Source: Acidimicrobiia bacterium | GTDB lineage: Bacteria; Actinomycetota; Acidimicrobiia; Spongiisociales; UBA11373 | Assembly (NCBI GenBank): GCA_040878325.1 | Contig: JBBDMM010000003.1 | Span: forward strand, 1-37,820 | Reading direction: 5' to 3' | DNA length: 37,820 bases | Shown: one piece after another, positions 20,715-30,159 of the stretch | Numbering within the stretch: the stretch's first letter is position 1 | Layout of the letters: each line of letters begins with the position of its first letter | Notes under the pieces: generated by a model | What the model was told of the DNA's origin: nothing | Databases searched by the model: none | The model's input: the letters and a program-made list of their open reading frames with translations, nothing else | Position numbers and translations under genes: made by a program

Positions 20715-20791
20715 GTGGTCGTCCACTTGGGCGATTCTCCGAGTCGGCGTCTCAGCGACACGATAGCGGTACCCGATTCTCAAACAGTCGC

Positions 20792-22003
20792 TCAGAGCCC
20801 GCCCGACACCAACCGGCCGTTCTTGAAGACGGCACTGATTCGCCCGCGGAGGCCTTCGAGCTGCATCGGGTCACCGTCGACGACAACCAGGTCGGCCCGC
20901 TTGCCGGCCTCGAGGGTCCCCCGGTCCTCGGCGACGTCGAGGCACTCTGCGGCGTTGCGGGTCGTGGCGAGGAGCACGTCCTCGGGTGACATCCCCCCTT
21001 CGGCCATCAACACCAGCTCATCGAGATTCTCACCGTGAGGGGTGACTCCGCTGTCGGTTCCCATCGCCACCTTGACACCGGCGGCTACCGCCTTGGCAAA
21101 GGAGGCACGATGGATCTCGATCACGTCCTTCGCCTTCTTGACGGATGCTTCGGGGATGGCCATTCCCGCCTCGGCCGCCTTGATCACCCCTGTGGGAGCA
21201 ACAAGTGTCGGCACCAGGAAGGTACCCCGAGCCAGCATCAACTCGATAGCCTCGTCGTCGAGGTAGATGCCATGGTCGATGGAACGAATGCCGGCTCGCA
21301 CCGCGTTCTTGATGCCGTCGTAGGCCTGGGCATGTGCCATCACCCACACGCCGAGGGCACGGGCCGTCTGCACCAGCACTTCCAGCTCCTCGAGGGTGAA
21401 GTGGGCGTGGCGGGGGTCGTCGCGTGGTGACAGCACGCCGCCCGAAGTCGCCACCTTGATGACGTCGCCACCCATGCGCACCACCTCACGCACCTTCTGA
21501 CGAATCTGGTCGGGTCCGTCGACGATGCTCGACGGGAGCCCGGGATGCTGGGTGAACAGCCGGATGTGTTGACCCGAGGGCAGCCATCCGTCGCCGTGGC
21601 CGCCGGTCTGGCTGAGCATGATCAGGGATATCTGCATGTGGGGGCCTTCGATCAGACCCTTCTCCACGGCCGTCTTGATGCCGAGGTCCGCTCCACCGGC
21701 GTCCCGGATGGAGGTGATCCCGGTGTCCAGCGTGGCTTGCAGGTTGTGGGCCGCCTCATAGAAGTGGAGCGAGAACGGCTTCTGGAGGATTCCGAAGATG
21801 TCGACGTTGCTCACTGCCACGTGGGTGTGGCAGTCGAAGAACCCGGGGAGCAGGGCGCGGCCCCCCAGGTCGTGGGCCTCATCGCCGTCGAGGCCCTTGC
21901 CGATGTCGACGATGCGGTCGCCTTCGAGGACGACATCGCCGTCGGCGATCGGGGCGCCGGTCCCGTCAAAAATGCGTGCGTTGGAAAGCAAAGTGCGAGT
22001 CAT
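20792..22003 (-). CDS. Metal-dependent amidohydrolase (Xaa-Pro dipeptidase-like)
   Basis: PGFFDCHTH, TGGHGD, AHA, IDHG, GTDSG and GKRADLVV motifs. Confidence 0.92.
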   Translation of the reverse strand: MTRTLLSNARIFDGTGAPIADGDVVLEGDRIVDIGKGLDGDEAHDLGGRALLPGFFDCHTHVAVSNVDIFGILQKPFSLHFYEAAHNLQATLDTGITSIRDAGGADLGIKTAVEKGLIEGPHMQISLIMLSQTGGHGDGWLPSGQHIRLFTQHPGLPSSIVDGPDQIRQKVREVVRMGGDVIKVATSGGVLSPRDDPRHAHFTLEELEVLVQTARALGVWVMAHAQAYDGIKNAVRAGIRSIDHGIYLDDEAIELMLARGTFLVPTLVAPTGVIKAAEAGMAIPEASVKKAKDVIEIHRASFAKAVAAGVKVAMGTDSGVTPHGENLDELVLMAEGGMSPEDVLLATTRNAAECLDVAEDRGTLEAGKRADLVVVDGDPMQLEGLRGRISAVFKNGRLVSGGL

Positions 22004-22044
22004 ATGGGGAGGCTACTCCGATGGCCTTCGGCCCTCGGAGTAGC

Positions 22045-22137
22045 CGGCTACCCGCTACCCGCTGCCCGCTAGAACTCGTCGAAACCATCCCGCGCGTGCT
22101 TGCCGGTAGCGGGTAGCGGTGACCGGTAGCGGGCGGC
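22045..22137. repeat. Inverted heptamer arrays (CCGCTAC)x4 / (GTAGCGG)n
   Basis: Left arm 22045-22072, right arm about 22100-22137. An N gap follows at 22162-22171. Confidence 0.8.
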
Positions 22138-22218
22138 AGAGTAGGGGGGCGAAGGCCCCCGNNNNNNNNNNTTTGGGTTTACGGTTTGGGGGGGGCTTTG
22201 TTGGGGGCAAACCCCCCC

Positions 22219-22563
22219 CTACTCCGCGTTCAGAAACTCCTGATATGCCTCCCAGGCACGGGGGGCATACACGGTGGCGGGGCCGCCACCCATCATGATC
22301 GCGACGCCGAGGGCCTCGGCCACCTGTTGGGGGCTTGCCCCGCGCTTCACCGCGGCGCGGGCATGGGCGGCGATGCAGCCGTCGCACTGCTCGGCAACCG
22401 CGATGACCAACGCGATCACTTCCTTCATGGCCGTCGAGATCACCCCATCGGCGAGTGAGGCGGCGCTCAGCTCTGCGAATCCGCGATACACCTCGGGGAT
22501 GTGCTCCCGTAGGTGGCGGGCGGGGTCGCGCAGGTCGTCTCTCACATCGTGCCAATGTCCCAT
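22219..22563 (-). CDS. Carboxymuconolactone decarboxylase/AhpD family protein
   Basis: KEVIAL..AV..QCDGCIAAH (CxxC) and MGGGPA motifs. GGAGGT SD. Confidence 0.92.
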   Translation of the reverse strand: MGHWHDVRDDLRDPARHLREHIPEVYRGFAELSAASLADGVISTAMKEVIALVIAVAEQCDGCIAAHARAAVKRGASPQQVAEALGVAIMMGGGPATVYAPRAWEAYQEFLNAE

Positions 22564-22625
22564 GGAACACCTCCGGGTTTCGATGGTACGTTCGCTGTCG
22601 CGTCACCTCGCCAGGGAAGGACCCC

Positions 22626-23780
22626 ATGGATCTGAAGGACCGAGCTCGCTCGGGTTTCGAAGCCGTCGAGGCCGAACTCAAGTCGATCAGCCGCTGGATG
22701 TACGAGAACCCGGAGATCGCCTACAAGGAGTACGAGTCGTCGCGCCGACTTGTCGACTTCCTCGCCGCCAACGGATTCGAGGTCGAGTATCCGGCATACG
22801 GGCTCGACACTGCCTTCGCCGCCCGGGCCGGGAAGGCGGGGCCCGAGGTGATCGTGTGTGCCGAGTACGACGCCTTGCCCGGCATCGGGCATGCCTGCGG
22901 TCACAACATCATTGCGACCGCCGCGCTCGGAGCGGGGGTGGCGGTGGCGCCCCTTGCCGACGAGCTGGGATTTCGGATCACCGTGCTCGGCACCCCGGCC
23001 GAGGAGAATGTCGGCGGGAAGGTCGATCTCATCAATGCCGGGGCTTTCAAGGGGGCAGCCGCGGCGATGATGATCCACCCCTCGCCGGAGAACACCGTCG
23101 ACCCCTTTGCCCTCGCCATCAACCACCTGTCGGTGGACTTCTTCGGAAAGGACGCCCACGCCTCGGCGGCGCCGTGGGAGGGGAAGAACGCCCTCGACGC
23201 GTTCGTGTTGTTGTACGTGGCGATCTCGAACTTCCGCCAGCAGATGCGGACCACGGACAAGATCCACGGAATCCCCGTCCACGGAGGGGACGCCCCGAAC
23301 ATCATCCCTTCACATACGCGGTCGGAGTGGTACGTCCGGGCGGACACCAAGACGAGGCTGGGGGAGATGATGGCTCAGTTCACTGCGATGGCCGAGGCTG
23401 CGGCGACCGCCACCGGATGCACCGTCACCTACTCGCCGACGGGCCACGAGTACGAGGACATCCTCAGCGAGCCGACGATGGTCGAGCTGTTCTCGGCGAA
23501 CTCGGCCGAACTCGGCCGAAAGATGGCGCGCGCCAAGGACCGTCCTGCATCGAACGCCGGTAGCACCGACATGGGAAATGTGAGCCACGTGGTGCCGGCT
23601 ATCCACCCGATGATCGGCATGGACACCAAAGGTGCCGTCAACCATCAGCCAGAGTTCGCCGCCCACACGATCACCCCCGATGGCGAGAAGGCGATGCGCG
23701 ACGGAGCACTCGCCATGGCCTGGACGATCGTGGACATCGCAGAGCAAGGACTGTGGGGTTCGTTGGTCAAGCCGCAGTAG
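22626..23780 (+). CDS. M20 metallopeptidase/amidohydrolase (ACY1L2/AbgB-like)
   Basis: EYDALPGIGHACGHN, GTPAEE and GSTDMGNVS motifs. Confidence 0.92.
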   Translation: MDLKDRARSGFEAVEAELKSISRWMYENPEIAYKEYESSRRLVDFLAANGFEVEYPAYGLDTAFAARAGKAGPEVIVCAEYDALPGIGHACGHNIIATAALGAGVAVAPLADELGFRITVLGTPAEENVGGKVDLINAGAFKGAAAAMMIHPSPENTVDPFALAINHLSVDFFGKDAHASAAPWEGKNALDAFVLLYVAISNFRQQMRTTDKIHGIPVHGGDAPNIIPSHTRSEWYVRADTKTRLGEMMAQFTAMAEAAATATGCTVTYSPTGHEYEDILSEPTMVELFSANSAELGRKMARAKDRPASNAGSTDMGNVSHVVPAIHPMIGMDTKGAVNHQPEFAAHTITPDGEKAMRDGALAMAWTIVDIAEQGLWGSLVKPQ

Positions 23781-23783
23781 GGA

Positions 23784-23886
23784 GCGCGATTCGCAATGAG
23801 CGATACGCGATACGACGGAACGGCTCGAGTCCCTCCAAAGTTAGTTGGTGTCCGTCGTATCGCGAATTGCCTATCGCGTATCGCGC
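23784..23886. repeat. Inverted heptamer arrays (CGCGATA/CGCAAT family) around a 31-bp core
   Basis: Perfect 14-bp inner inverted repeat at 23806-23819 / 23851-23864. The right arm nearly matches 7018-7038. Confidence 0.85.
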
Positions 23887-24860
23887 TTTCTCAGCCCCGC
23901 GACCCCCGGGCCTACTAATGCGGCGGCGATCACCCAGGCGATCGCTCGAGAGATGGCTCCGCTCAGGAACAGAGCTCCCGCGCCAAGGGAGATCGCGATT
24001 GCCAATGCACGGAAGCCGCCGCGGCCGGTGATCGAGGCGGTGAGGCGGCCGAATGCTCCCCCGATCATCGTCACGCCGATCAGCGGGTAGAGGGCGTTGG
24101 AAGTCCATCCCGTCAGGTGACCGGCGATCAGCAGCGATCCGATCGCGAGCAGCACCCAGAATCCGCTGGATTCGATGAGGTGGCGGGGGTGCACCGGCGG
24201 GGCAGGCTCAGGTCGTTCAGGGGCCTTCTGATCGAAGCCGCGGGCGAGCAGCCGATCCTCGACGGCGAAGGCGAACGATTCAGCCAGGTCGGAGAATCCC
24301 GATGGGAGGAATGCCCGGGGAACCGGCTGTTCAGGGAAACCGAATTCCGTTCCGGCGACCATGTGCACCCGCACCCTGCCCTCGATGTTCTTGAGGCTTC
24401 GGTGCCCTTGGTCCTCGAACGGGAACATCGCCGCTACCGCGTCATGCACGTCCCCAGAGACGGCGATACCCCCGGGCGGGGCTATCTGTTGCAGTCGGGC
24501 GGCGATGTTCACTCCTTCGCCGAAGGCGCGGCCCCCGTCGAGCACGACTTCGTCCTGGTGAATTCCGATTCGAACGACCATCCGATCCTCTCTCGGATCA
24601 GAGGCGAGGCGGCGCTGGATCTCGGCGGCGCAGTCCACGGCGTCGACGATCGAGTCGAACAATGCGAATACCGAGTCGCCGGCCGTGTCGATCACCCGGC
24701 CGCGTCGATCGGCGATGAGTCGCTCGACACCGTCGTGGAACTTGATGACGCGAGAGGCGGCTTCCTCCTCGTTGCGCCCCACCATCAGGCTGAAACCGAC
24801 GATGTCCAGCATCAGGATGGCCGCGTTGCGCCGCTCCCTGCCATCCGGTCGAGTCGTCAC
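23871..24860 (-). CDS. Class III nucleotide cyclase with C-terminal TM helices
   Basis: DIVGFS, TAGD, RIGIH, GVNIAARL and LKNI motifs, plus about 4 hydrophobic C-terminal segments. Confidence 0.88.
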   Translation of the reverse strand: MTTRPDGRERRNAAILMLDIVGFSLMVGRNEEEAASRVIKFHDGVERLIADRRGRVIDTAGDSVFALFDSIVDAVDCAAEIQRRLASDPREDRMVVRIGIHQDEVVLDGGRAFGEGVNIAARLQQIAPPGGIAVSGDVHDAVAAMFPFEDQGHRSLKNIEGRVRVHMVAGTEFGFPEQPVPRAFLPSGFSDLAESFAFAVEDRLLARGFDQKAPERPEPAPPVHPRHLIESSGFWVLLAIGSLLIAGHLTGWTSNALYPLIGVTMIGGAFGRLTASITGRGGFRALAIAISLGAGALFLSGAISRAIAWVIAAALVGPGVAGLRKRDTR

Positions 24861-24919
24861 GAGTCTCCTTGGGGATAGCTCCGGGCCCTACATGCGAGTT
24901 GAAGGGGTACGCTTTCGGG

Positions 24920-25534
24920 ATGCCGCGCATACGCGCCGCCACGATCGAGGAGCATAAACGGCAGACCCGCGCCGAGATCCTCGACGCGGCCGCCGTCCTG
25001 TTCCGTGAACCCGGGTATTCCGAGGTGGGACTCGGCGACCTCGCCGCCGCGGTCGGCATCGGTCGCACCACTCTCTATGGGTACTTCGCCGACAAGGAGG
25101 ACGTGCTGGTCAACCTCGTCGAGAGCCGCCTTCCCGCCGCGGTCCAGGGCCTCGTCAGCGGGGTACCAGATCGGGTGTCTGTCCGGGAGCGCCTTGGCGA
25201 ACTGATCGTGCGGGGACTCGAGTTCGTCTCGAGCGACGACGATCTGGGGGCGACGCTCCACAAGGAGCTTCCCCGGCTCAGCGAAGCCGCGCAGCAGCGG
25301 CTGCGCCGTGCCCACGGTGCCCTCGAGGACGAAGTCGTGCGGTTGTGCCGGGCGGGCATTGCGAGTGGCGAGTTCCGAGCCTTCGACCCGATCGACGCCG
25401 GCCGCCTGGTCTTCGCGACGATCATGGCCGCCTCCCAAACCCTGCTCCGCGACCCCGACGCCAAACAGAAGATGCACGAAGCGGCGGACACATTGGTGAG
25501 GTTCGTGTTTGAAGGATTGGCGATTGGCGATTAG
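24920..25534 (+). CDS. TetR/AcrR family transcriptional regulator
   Basis: ILDAA..LF...GY....DLAAAVGIGRTTLYGYFADKE HTH. ATG follows TACGCT-N6. Confidence 0.92.
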   Translation: MPRIRAATIEEHKRQTRAEILDAAAVLFREPGYSEVGLGDLAAAVGIGRTTLYGYFADKEDVLVNLVESRLPAAVQGLVSGVPDRVSVRERLGELIVRGLEFVSSDDDLGATLHKELPRLSEAAQQRLRRAHGALEDEVVRLCRAGIASGEFRAFDPIDAGRLVFATIMAASQTLLRDPDAKQKMHEAADTLVRFVFEGLAIGD

Positions 25535-25808
25535 CGATTGGCGATTGGCGGGACGCGGGTCCCGGATCTGAAGAAGCGGTTGACCAAAACGGGGGCCTCA
25601 CCTTTTAAACGTCTCCCCCCGGTATTCCGGGGGGAGGTAGGAGGGGGGCAGCGGTCCCTGCGAGCAGGACTGGTCCCGTGGTTTGAAGAGGTCGTTGGNN
25701 NNNNNNNNGCCCCTTCCGTCACCGCCGAGGACGGCGGTGCCCCCTCCCCCGCCGAAGACGGCAGGGGAGGACGATGTCTTGGCCGCGTATCGCCAATCGC
25801 CAATCGCT
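25515..25808. repeat. Nested element: (GCGATTG)n / (CAATCGC)n arms enclosing composite REP-like copy 2 (25610-25773)
   Basis: Arms 25533-25558 and 25783-25808 match at 24/26. Inner hairpins at 25613-25636 and 25743-25770. N gap at 25699-25708. Confidence 0.85.
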
Positions 25809-25835
25809 GAGGTCTGAGCCTTCGGCTCAGGCCTC
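25809..25835. terminator. C(UUCG)G hairpin at the convergence of the TetR and SPFH genes
   Basis: GAGGTCTGAGCC-TTCG-GCTCAGGCCTC, overlapping the SPFH stop codon. Confidence 0.45.
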
Positions 25836-26738
25836 CTTACTTTCCCACAGCTCCTTCACCACTCCGATGCTGGCGAGCACGCCGGAGGCTTCGTAGGGGA
25901 GGAAGATCTTCGTGGCCTGGCCGTCGGCGATGGCCTCGAGGGCGGTCAGGTAGCGGATGGCGATCAGGTCTGGCGTCGGGTCGCCGGTGTGGATCGCGCT
26001 GAACACCCGCTCGATGGCCTGTCCTTCGCCTTCGGCGACGGTCAGCTTCTGGAACTTCTCAGCCTCGGCGACTTCCTTGATGGCCTCGGCCTGGCCCTGT
26101 GCCTCCAGGATGCGCGCCTCCTTGACGCCCTCCGCCCGAAGGATGGCGGCCCGCTTCTCGCCCTCCGCCTCGGTGACCGTGGCCCGGCGATCGCGTTCCG
26201 CCTTCATCTGGCGGTGCATGGCCTCGGTGATGTCCGGCGGGGGATCGATGCGCTGGATTTCGACCCGGACCACCCGGGTGCCCCAGACGTCGGTGGCCTC
26301 GTCGAGGACGGTCCGCAACTGGGCGTTGATCATGTCGCGGGAGGTCAGTGCTTCGTCGAGTTGGAGTTCGCCGACGATGTTCCTCAGGTTGGTCTGTGCC
26401 AGCTTGGTGGCGGCAAGGATGAAGTTGGCGACGTTGTACTTCAGCTTCACCGGGTCGGTCGCCTGGTAGTACACCACCGCGTCCACCGTCACCACCACGT
26501 TGTCCTTGGTGATGACTTCCTGCGGCGGCACGTCGACGACCTGCTCGCGCATGTCGACCCGACGGATTCGGTCGATGAACGGCACGATGAACCGCAGTCC
26601 CGGGTCGACCATGTGGTCGAAGCGCCCAAACCGCTCGACGAGTCCCTTCTCGAACTGCGTCACGATCTTCAGTGCCCGCGACACCACGATCAGGAATAGG
26701 ACGCCGACGACGATCAGGATGATTGCTAGCGGTTCCAT
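25827..26738 (-). CDS. SPFH domain (stomatin/QmcA-like) membrane protein
   Basis: N-terminal [15 protein letters not shown] and QMKAER motifs. Confidence 0.95.
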   Translation of the reverse strand: MEPLAIILIVVGVLFLIVVSRALKIVTQFEKGLVERFGRFDHMVDPGLRFIVPFIDRIRRVDMREQVVDVPPQEVITKDNVVVTVDAVVYYQATDPVKLKYNVANFILAATKLAQTNLRNIVGELQLDEALTSRDMINAQLRTVLDEATDVWGTRVVRVEIQRIDPPPDITEAMHRQMKAERDRRATVTEAEGEKRAAILRAEGVKEARILEAQGQAEAIKEVAEAEKFQKLTVAEGEGQAIERVFSAIHTGDPTPDLIAIRYLTALEAIADGQATKIFLPYEASGVLASIGVVKELWESKEA

Positions 26739-26751
26739 CTCTCTCCCTTGT

Positions 26752-27186
26752 TCACTTCTCGGGCTCGACGACGAGGCGAGTGCCTCGGACTTCGAGCACT
26801 TTCACGTTGGTCCCCACCGCGATGGGTCCTCCGTCGGTGGTGGCTCGCCACGTCTCCGTCTCCATCCGGACCTCGCCCTCCCCGGTCTCGGGGTCGATCT
26901 CCTCGGTGACCCGGGCGACCCGGCCCATGAACCGGTTGGCACCGACGTTGTGCTGCACCTCGTCTCCGATCCGAACAAAGCGCCGCAGCAGGTAGAGCGA
27001 GATCGCTGACACCACGATGAAGACGATGAGTTGGGGCACTTCGTCGGTCTCGAAGAAGGCCATGACCGCCGCCGCCGCTGCCCCGATGCCGAATGGCAGC
27101 ATGAAGAACCCTGCGGTAAAGATCTCGGCGACCGACAGGAAGACCGCCGCACCGATCCAGAACCAGAGCCAAGCCTGACTGTCCAT
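26752..27186 (-). CDS. NfeD family protein (short, YbbJ-like)
   Basis: 3 TM helices plus OB-fold (GEV....ETWRA...G..V.V..V.G..LVV). Adjacent to SPFH. GGAGGT SD. Confidence 0.92.
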   Translation of the reverse strand: MDSQAWLWFWIGAAVFLSVAEIFTAGFFMLPFGIGAAAAAVMAFFETDEVPQLIVFIVVSAISLYLLRRFVRIGDEVQHNVGANRFMGRVARVTEEIDPETGEGEVRMETETWRATTDGGPIAVGTNVKVLEVRGTRLVVEPEK

Positions 27187-27250
27187 CCCGTCACCTCCGA
27201 GTATGGGGACAAGATAGTTGGCACGCCACGGGCCGGTACCGGTCGGGTGT

Positions 27251-27577
27251 TCAGTCGCAGTCGACGGCAACCGCGAGGGCCGCACAGACCTGGCGCATCC
27301 GATGATCACTGAGGCGACCGAGCCTGTCGGTGAGCACGCCAATCGCCACGCTCTCGACCGAATCGAGGTTGATTGCCGACCGCAGAGGGACCGGGTCGTC
27401 TCCCGGTTCGAGCACCACTTCGCTCGGGAGCCCGCGAATCGTCGTGGTGCATGGTGCGACGAGAGCCCGCCGCAATCTCGGGATCGTCGCATCCCGGGAC
27501 AGCACCACCACTGGGCGTCGCGAGATCTCAGGCAACTCGCACCACCAGACTTCCCCTCGGGCCGGCATAACCGTCAC
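27251..27577 (-). CDS. mazF: PemK/MazF family toxin (MazF5-like)
   Basis: [10 protein letters not shown]...[29 protein letters not shown], recalled as close to M. tuberculosis Rv1942c. GTGA overlap with the antitoxin stop. Confidence 0.92.
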   Translation of the reverse strand: MTVMPARGEVWWCELPEISRRPVVVLSRDATIPRLRRALVAPCTTTIRGLPSEVVLEPGDDPVPLRSAINLDSVESVAIGVLTDRLGRLSDHRMRQVCAALAVAVDCD

Positions 27578-27810
27578 GAGGGTCCGGCAGCCTGGCGGAA
27601 GGAGGCCAGGTCCCCCCACTCATCCGACTGGTTCAGCGGATGCTTGTCGTAAGCGGCGTAGGCGGCGTCGACCTCGGCGGAGCGGTGGACTCGGAGCAAC
27701 GCCTTCAACGACTCGTCGAGGATGGTGGCGTCATTCGCTCCCGTGCGCAGCTCTCTGGCCTGGGAGAGGAGTTCCTCGTCGACGGTGGTGCTGACGCGGA
27801 CTCTGGCCAT
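27574..27810 (-). CDS. mazE: Antitoxin (MazE5-like)
   Basis: RVSTTVD...[17 protein letters not shown]...DEWGDLAS, recalled as close to Rv1943c. Lies upstream of the toxin. Confidence 0.88.
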   Translation of the reverse strand: MARVRVSTTVDEELLSQARELRTGANDATILDESLKALLRVHRSAEVDAAYAAYDKHPLNQSDEWGDLASFRQAAGPS

Positions 27811-27836
27811 GCCCTAAGTATGCCATTGTTATGCCA
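27811..27836 (-). promoter_or_regulatory. Putative TA promoter/operator
   Basis: Direct repeat TGGCATA-N4-TGGCATA overlapping CATACT, which lies 6 nt before the ATG. Confidence 0.45.
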
Positions 27837-27899
27837 CGATCTCAATAGGTCTGTCTGCAACCTTCGGGGACGCCGCTCGGCGCGGTCGCTCCGCGTGCC

Positions 27900-28586
27900 C
27901 TACTTGCCGATGTCCACTATCACCCGCAGCGGGTCCTGGAAGACGCGCACCGTGAACGGTCGTTCCGCGTCGAGGCCGATCACCCAGGTCATCGAGGCCT
28001 CGAAGTCGTCGATGAACTTCACCTGCACGATCGGGTTGATGCCGGGGTCGAGTTCCAGGTCACCTGTGTAGGTCGGGTCGCCGCTGTCAATGTCATGGAG
28101 GCGGGCGGGGGAAATGTGGACCACGAGGAAGGCTTCGCCGTCCACTTCGACGGTGTCGCCGGAGGTCTCCATGAACGGCCCGTCCTCGTAGCCGACCACA
28201 TAGTTGGGGCTGCCTTCCCCGGTGAGGTTGAACACCACCCGGACGTATCCCTCGTCGGGATGGTCGCCCACCCGCACATCGGTGAGATTCCGCCCGGGAT
28301 CGCCGTCGAGGGTGTCGTTGGTCTTGGTCTCCGTGTCACCCCCGAATGCCGACGTCGTGCTGGTGGCATCCGTCGTGGAGGTGGTGTCGGCGCCCGTCGT
28401 AGTGGAACCCTCGCCCGAGGTGGTCGTGGTGGCCACCGAGCTCGGGGTACCGGCGGTGGTGGTCGCCGCGGTGTCGATGCCGTCGCCGCTGAACACGATG
28501 AACAGGACCACGACGAAAAGGGCGAAGACGATGCCGCCAAGCACGGCGAGGACATTGACGAGACGGGAGTCGCTGTTCGAGGTCAT
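27900..28586 (-). CDS. Membrane-anchored protein with Thr-rich linker and AMIN-like domain
   Basis: N-terminal TM, VRVGDH...Y.RVVF, DFE..MTWVIGL and P.RVIVDI motifs. Confidence 0.7.
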   Translation of the reverse strand: MTSNSDSRLVNVLAVLGGIVFALFVVVLFIVFSGDGIDTAATTTAGTPSSVATTTTSGEGSTTTGADTTSTTDATSTTSAFGGDTETKTNDTLDGDPGRNLTDVRVGDHPDEGYVRVVFNLTGEGSPNYVVGYEDGPFMETSGDTVEVDGEAFLVVHISPARLHDIDSGDPTYTGDLELDPGINPIVQVKFIDDFEASMTWVIGLDAERPFTVRVFQDPLRVIVDIGK

Positions 28587-28665
28587 GACTCCACGCTAGT
28601 TGTCCCTCGATGATCGACTGGAAGCCAGTCCAAGTTGCTGGTTGTTGGCTCATTCGACTCGGAAG

Positions 28666-28700
28666 TCAGGTCGCAGGTCGCAGCGGGCAGGTTGCAGGAC
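28666..28700. repeat. Degenerate heptamer array (GCAGGTC), about 5 units
   Basis: tcaggtc gcaggtc gcagcgg gcaggtt gcaggac. Confidence 0.55.
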
Positions 28701-28743
28701 AAGAATCCCTTCTTGATACTTGGCACTCCAGGGAGGTTCTCGA

Positions 28744-29130
28744 ATGATCAAGGAGTTCAAGCAGTTCATCGCTCGCGGCAATCTGGTCGAGATCGCCGTG
28801 GGCCTGGTGATGGCCCTGGCATTCGTGGCGGTGGTGACCTCGCTGGTGGCCAACGTGGTCACGCCGGTCATCGGCGCGATCTTCGGCACCCACGACTTCT
28901 CAGGTCTGACGCTGACTATCTGGAACGACGCCGTGATCTCCTACGGTGCCTTTCTCAACGCGTTGATCGCGTTCCTGTCGGTGGCGCTTGCGGTCTTCTT
29001 CCTGGTGGTGCGGCCCTACAACGCGCTGAAGGCCCGCATGGCCCGGGGTTCGGCAGCGGACGAGGTGGCGGTGGAGCCATCCGAGGAAATCGTCTTGTTA
29101 CGCGAAATCCGGGACGCGTTGCGGAAGTAG
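28744..29130 (+). CDS. mscL: Large-conductance mechanosensitive channel
   Basis: EFKQFIARGNLVEIAVG, YGAFL and LLREIRDAL motifs. Confidence 0.96.
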   Translation: MIKEFKQFIARGNLVEIAVGLVMALAFVAVVTSLVANVVTPVIGAIFGTHDFSGLTLTIWNDAVISYGAFLNALIAFLSVALAVFFLVVRPYNALKARMARGSAADEVAVEPSEEIVLLREIRDALRK

Positions 29131-29133
29131 CAC

Positions 29134-29160
29134 TCTTGGTTTCTTGATTCTTGGTTCTCA
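29134..29160. repeat. Single heptamer arm (TCTTG(A/G)T)x3
   Basis: Same family as 324-376. Fills the mscL-DUF427 gap. Confidence 0.7.
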
Positions 29161-29442
29161 ATGCGCGCCATCTGGAACAACGCGGTGATCGCCCAGTCCG
29201 ACGACACCGTCGTCGTGGAGGGCAATCACTACTTTCCGGTCGAGTCAGTCGACCACCGCCATCTGGCACCCTCCGACAAACACACGATGTGCCATTGGAA
29301 GGGCGTCGCTTCCTACTTCGATGTGGTGGTCGGCGGTGAGGTGAATCCTTCGGCCGCCTGGTACTACCCCGATCCGTCCCCCGCGGCCCTCCAGATCAAG
29401 GACCGGATCGCGTTCTGGAGGGGTGTGTCGGTCGAAGCGTGA
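29161..29442 (+). CDS. DUF427 domain protein
   Basis: VEGNHYFP, C.WKG.ASY and AAWYYP.P motifs. Confidence 0.92.
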   Translation: MRAIWNNAVIAQSDDTVVVEGNHYFPVESVDHRHLAPSDKHTMCHWKGVASYFDVVVGGEVNPSAAWYYPDPSPAALQIKDRIAFWRGVSVEA

Positions 29443-29537
29443 GAGCCCGGCGTGTTCGTCACCACTCGTTCACCCGCCGGGAGTCTTGCTCCCGGTGCTT
29501 GCCTAGGATCCCGCCCCAAGCGGACCCGGAGTCGACG

Positions 29538-29984
29538 ATGGCCGACATCACCAAGCACCGATTCTCACGCTTGGCCCGGGGTTCCCGGGTCGGGATCGCT
29601 GCCCTCGTGTTCGTGTTGGGCACTGTGGCGTGCGGTGGCGAAGCGCGTCCGAGCCAGGAGGAATGGTCTGTGGCTGCCCAGCCGGTTCTTGCCGACATCC
29701 TGGTGGCGTCGTCGAGCATCACCGCGATTCGCAGTCGGTTGCCCGGGGACTATGTCCCTCCGGCGGCGCTGCGAGCGTGCGACGAGATGGAGCCCCTGTT
29801 CGCTTCCTGGCGCGAGGCGATCGACCCCGGGCCAACCGAGGAGGTCGACCCGCTGCTCGATCTGCTCTTCGACGGTCTCGAGGGCACCTGTTCTGCTCTG
29901 AGGGCCGGCGACATCGCTCTCGCCCAGACCGAATGGGCGCAGACCCAGACCACCATCGGAGAACTGTTCTCGCTCACCGGCTGA
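29538..29984 (+). CDS. Hypothetical helical lipoprotein
   Basis: Basic N-region, hydrophobic stretch and VACG lipobox. Confidence 0.6.
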   Translation: MADITKHRFSRLARGSRVGIAALVFVLGTVACGGEARPSQEEWSVAAQPVLADILVASSSITAIRSRLPGDYVPPAALRACDEMEPLFASWREAIDPGPTEEVDPLLDLLFDGLEGTCSALRAGDIALAQTEWAQTQTTIGELFSLTG

Positions 29985-29991
29985 GGCCGAA

Positions 29992-30091
29992 CATCCTCCT
30001 CCGCCGTCTGGGGGAGGTCGCCCGAGGGCGGGTGACGGAGGGGGCAGCGAAGCGAACGAAGTGAGCCGACAGCGAGCACTCCAACGACTTC
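29992..30091. repeat. Composite REP-like element, copy 3 (reverse orientation, partial)
   Basis: 30068-30091 is the reverse complement of 231-254. Contains GCGAACGAAGTGAGCC, also present twice in 37511-37660. Confidence 0.8.
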
Positions 30092-30159
30092 CTCACTCTC
30101 CGACTTGTCGTGCAAACTGCAGGGTCGCACCCCTTTCTCGGTAGGAAGGCCCTCAACAC

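Noticed and set aside
22141..22218. G/C-run hairpins beside the gap, and at the window end
   Set aside because: Low-complexity sequence next to Ns, possibly poor base calls.
23871..24860. Pycsar/CBASS-type defence system
   Set aside because: No adjacent cNMP-binding effector or defence-island context.
27218..27900. Inverted repeats flanking the TA pair
   Set aside because: Only about 7 bp (GGCACGC/GCGTGCC) match, which is insufficient in high-GC DNA.
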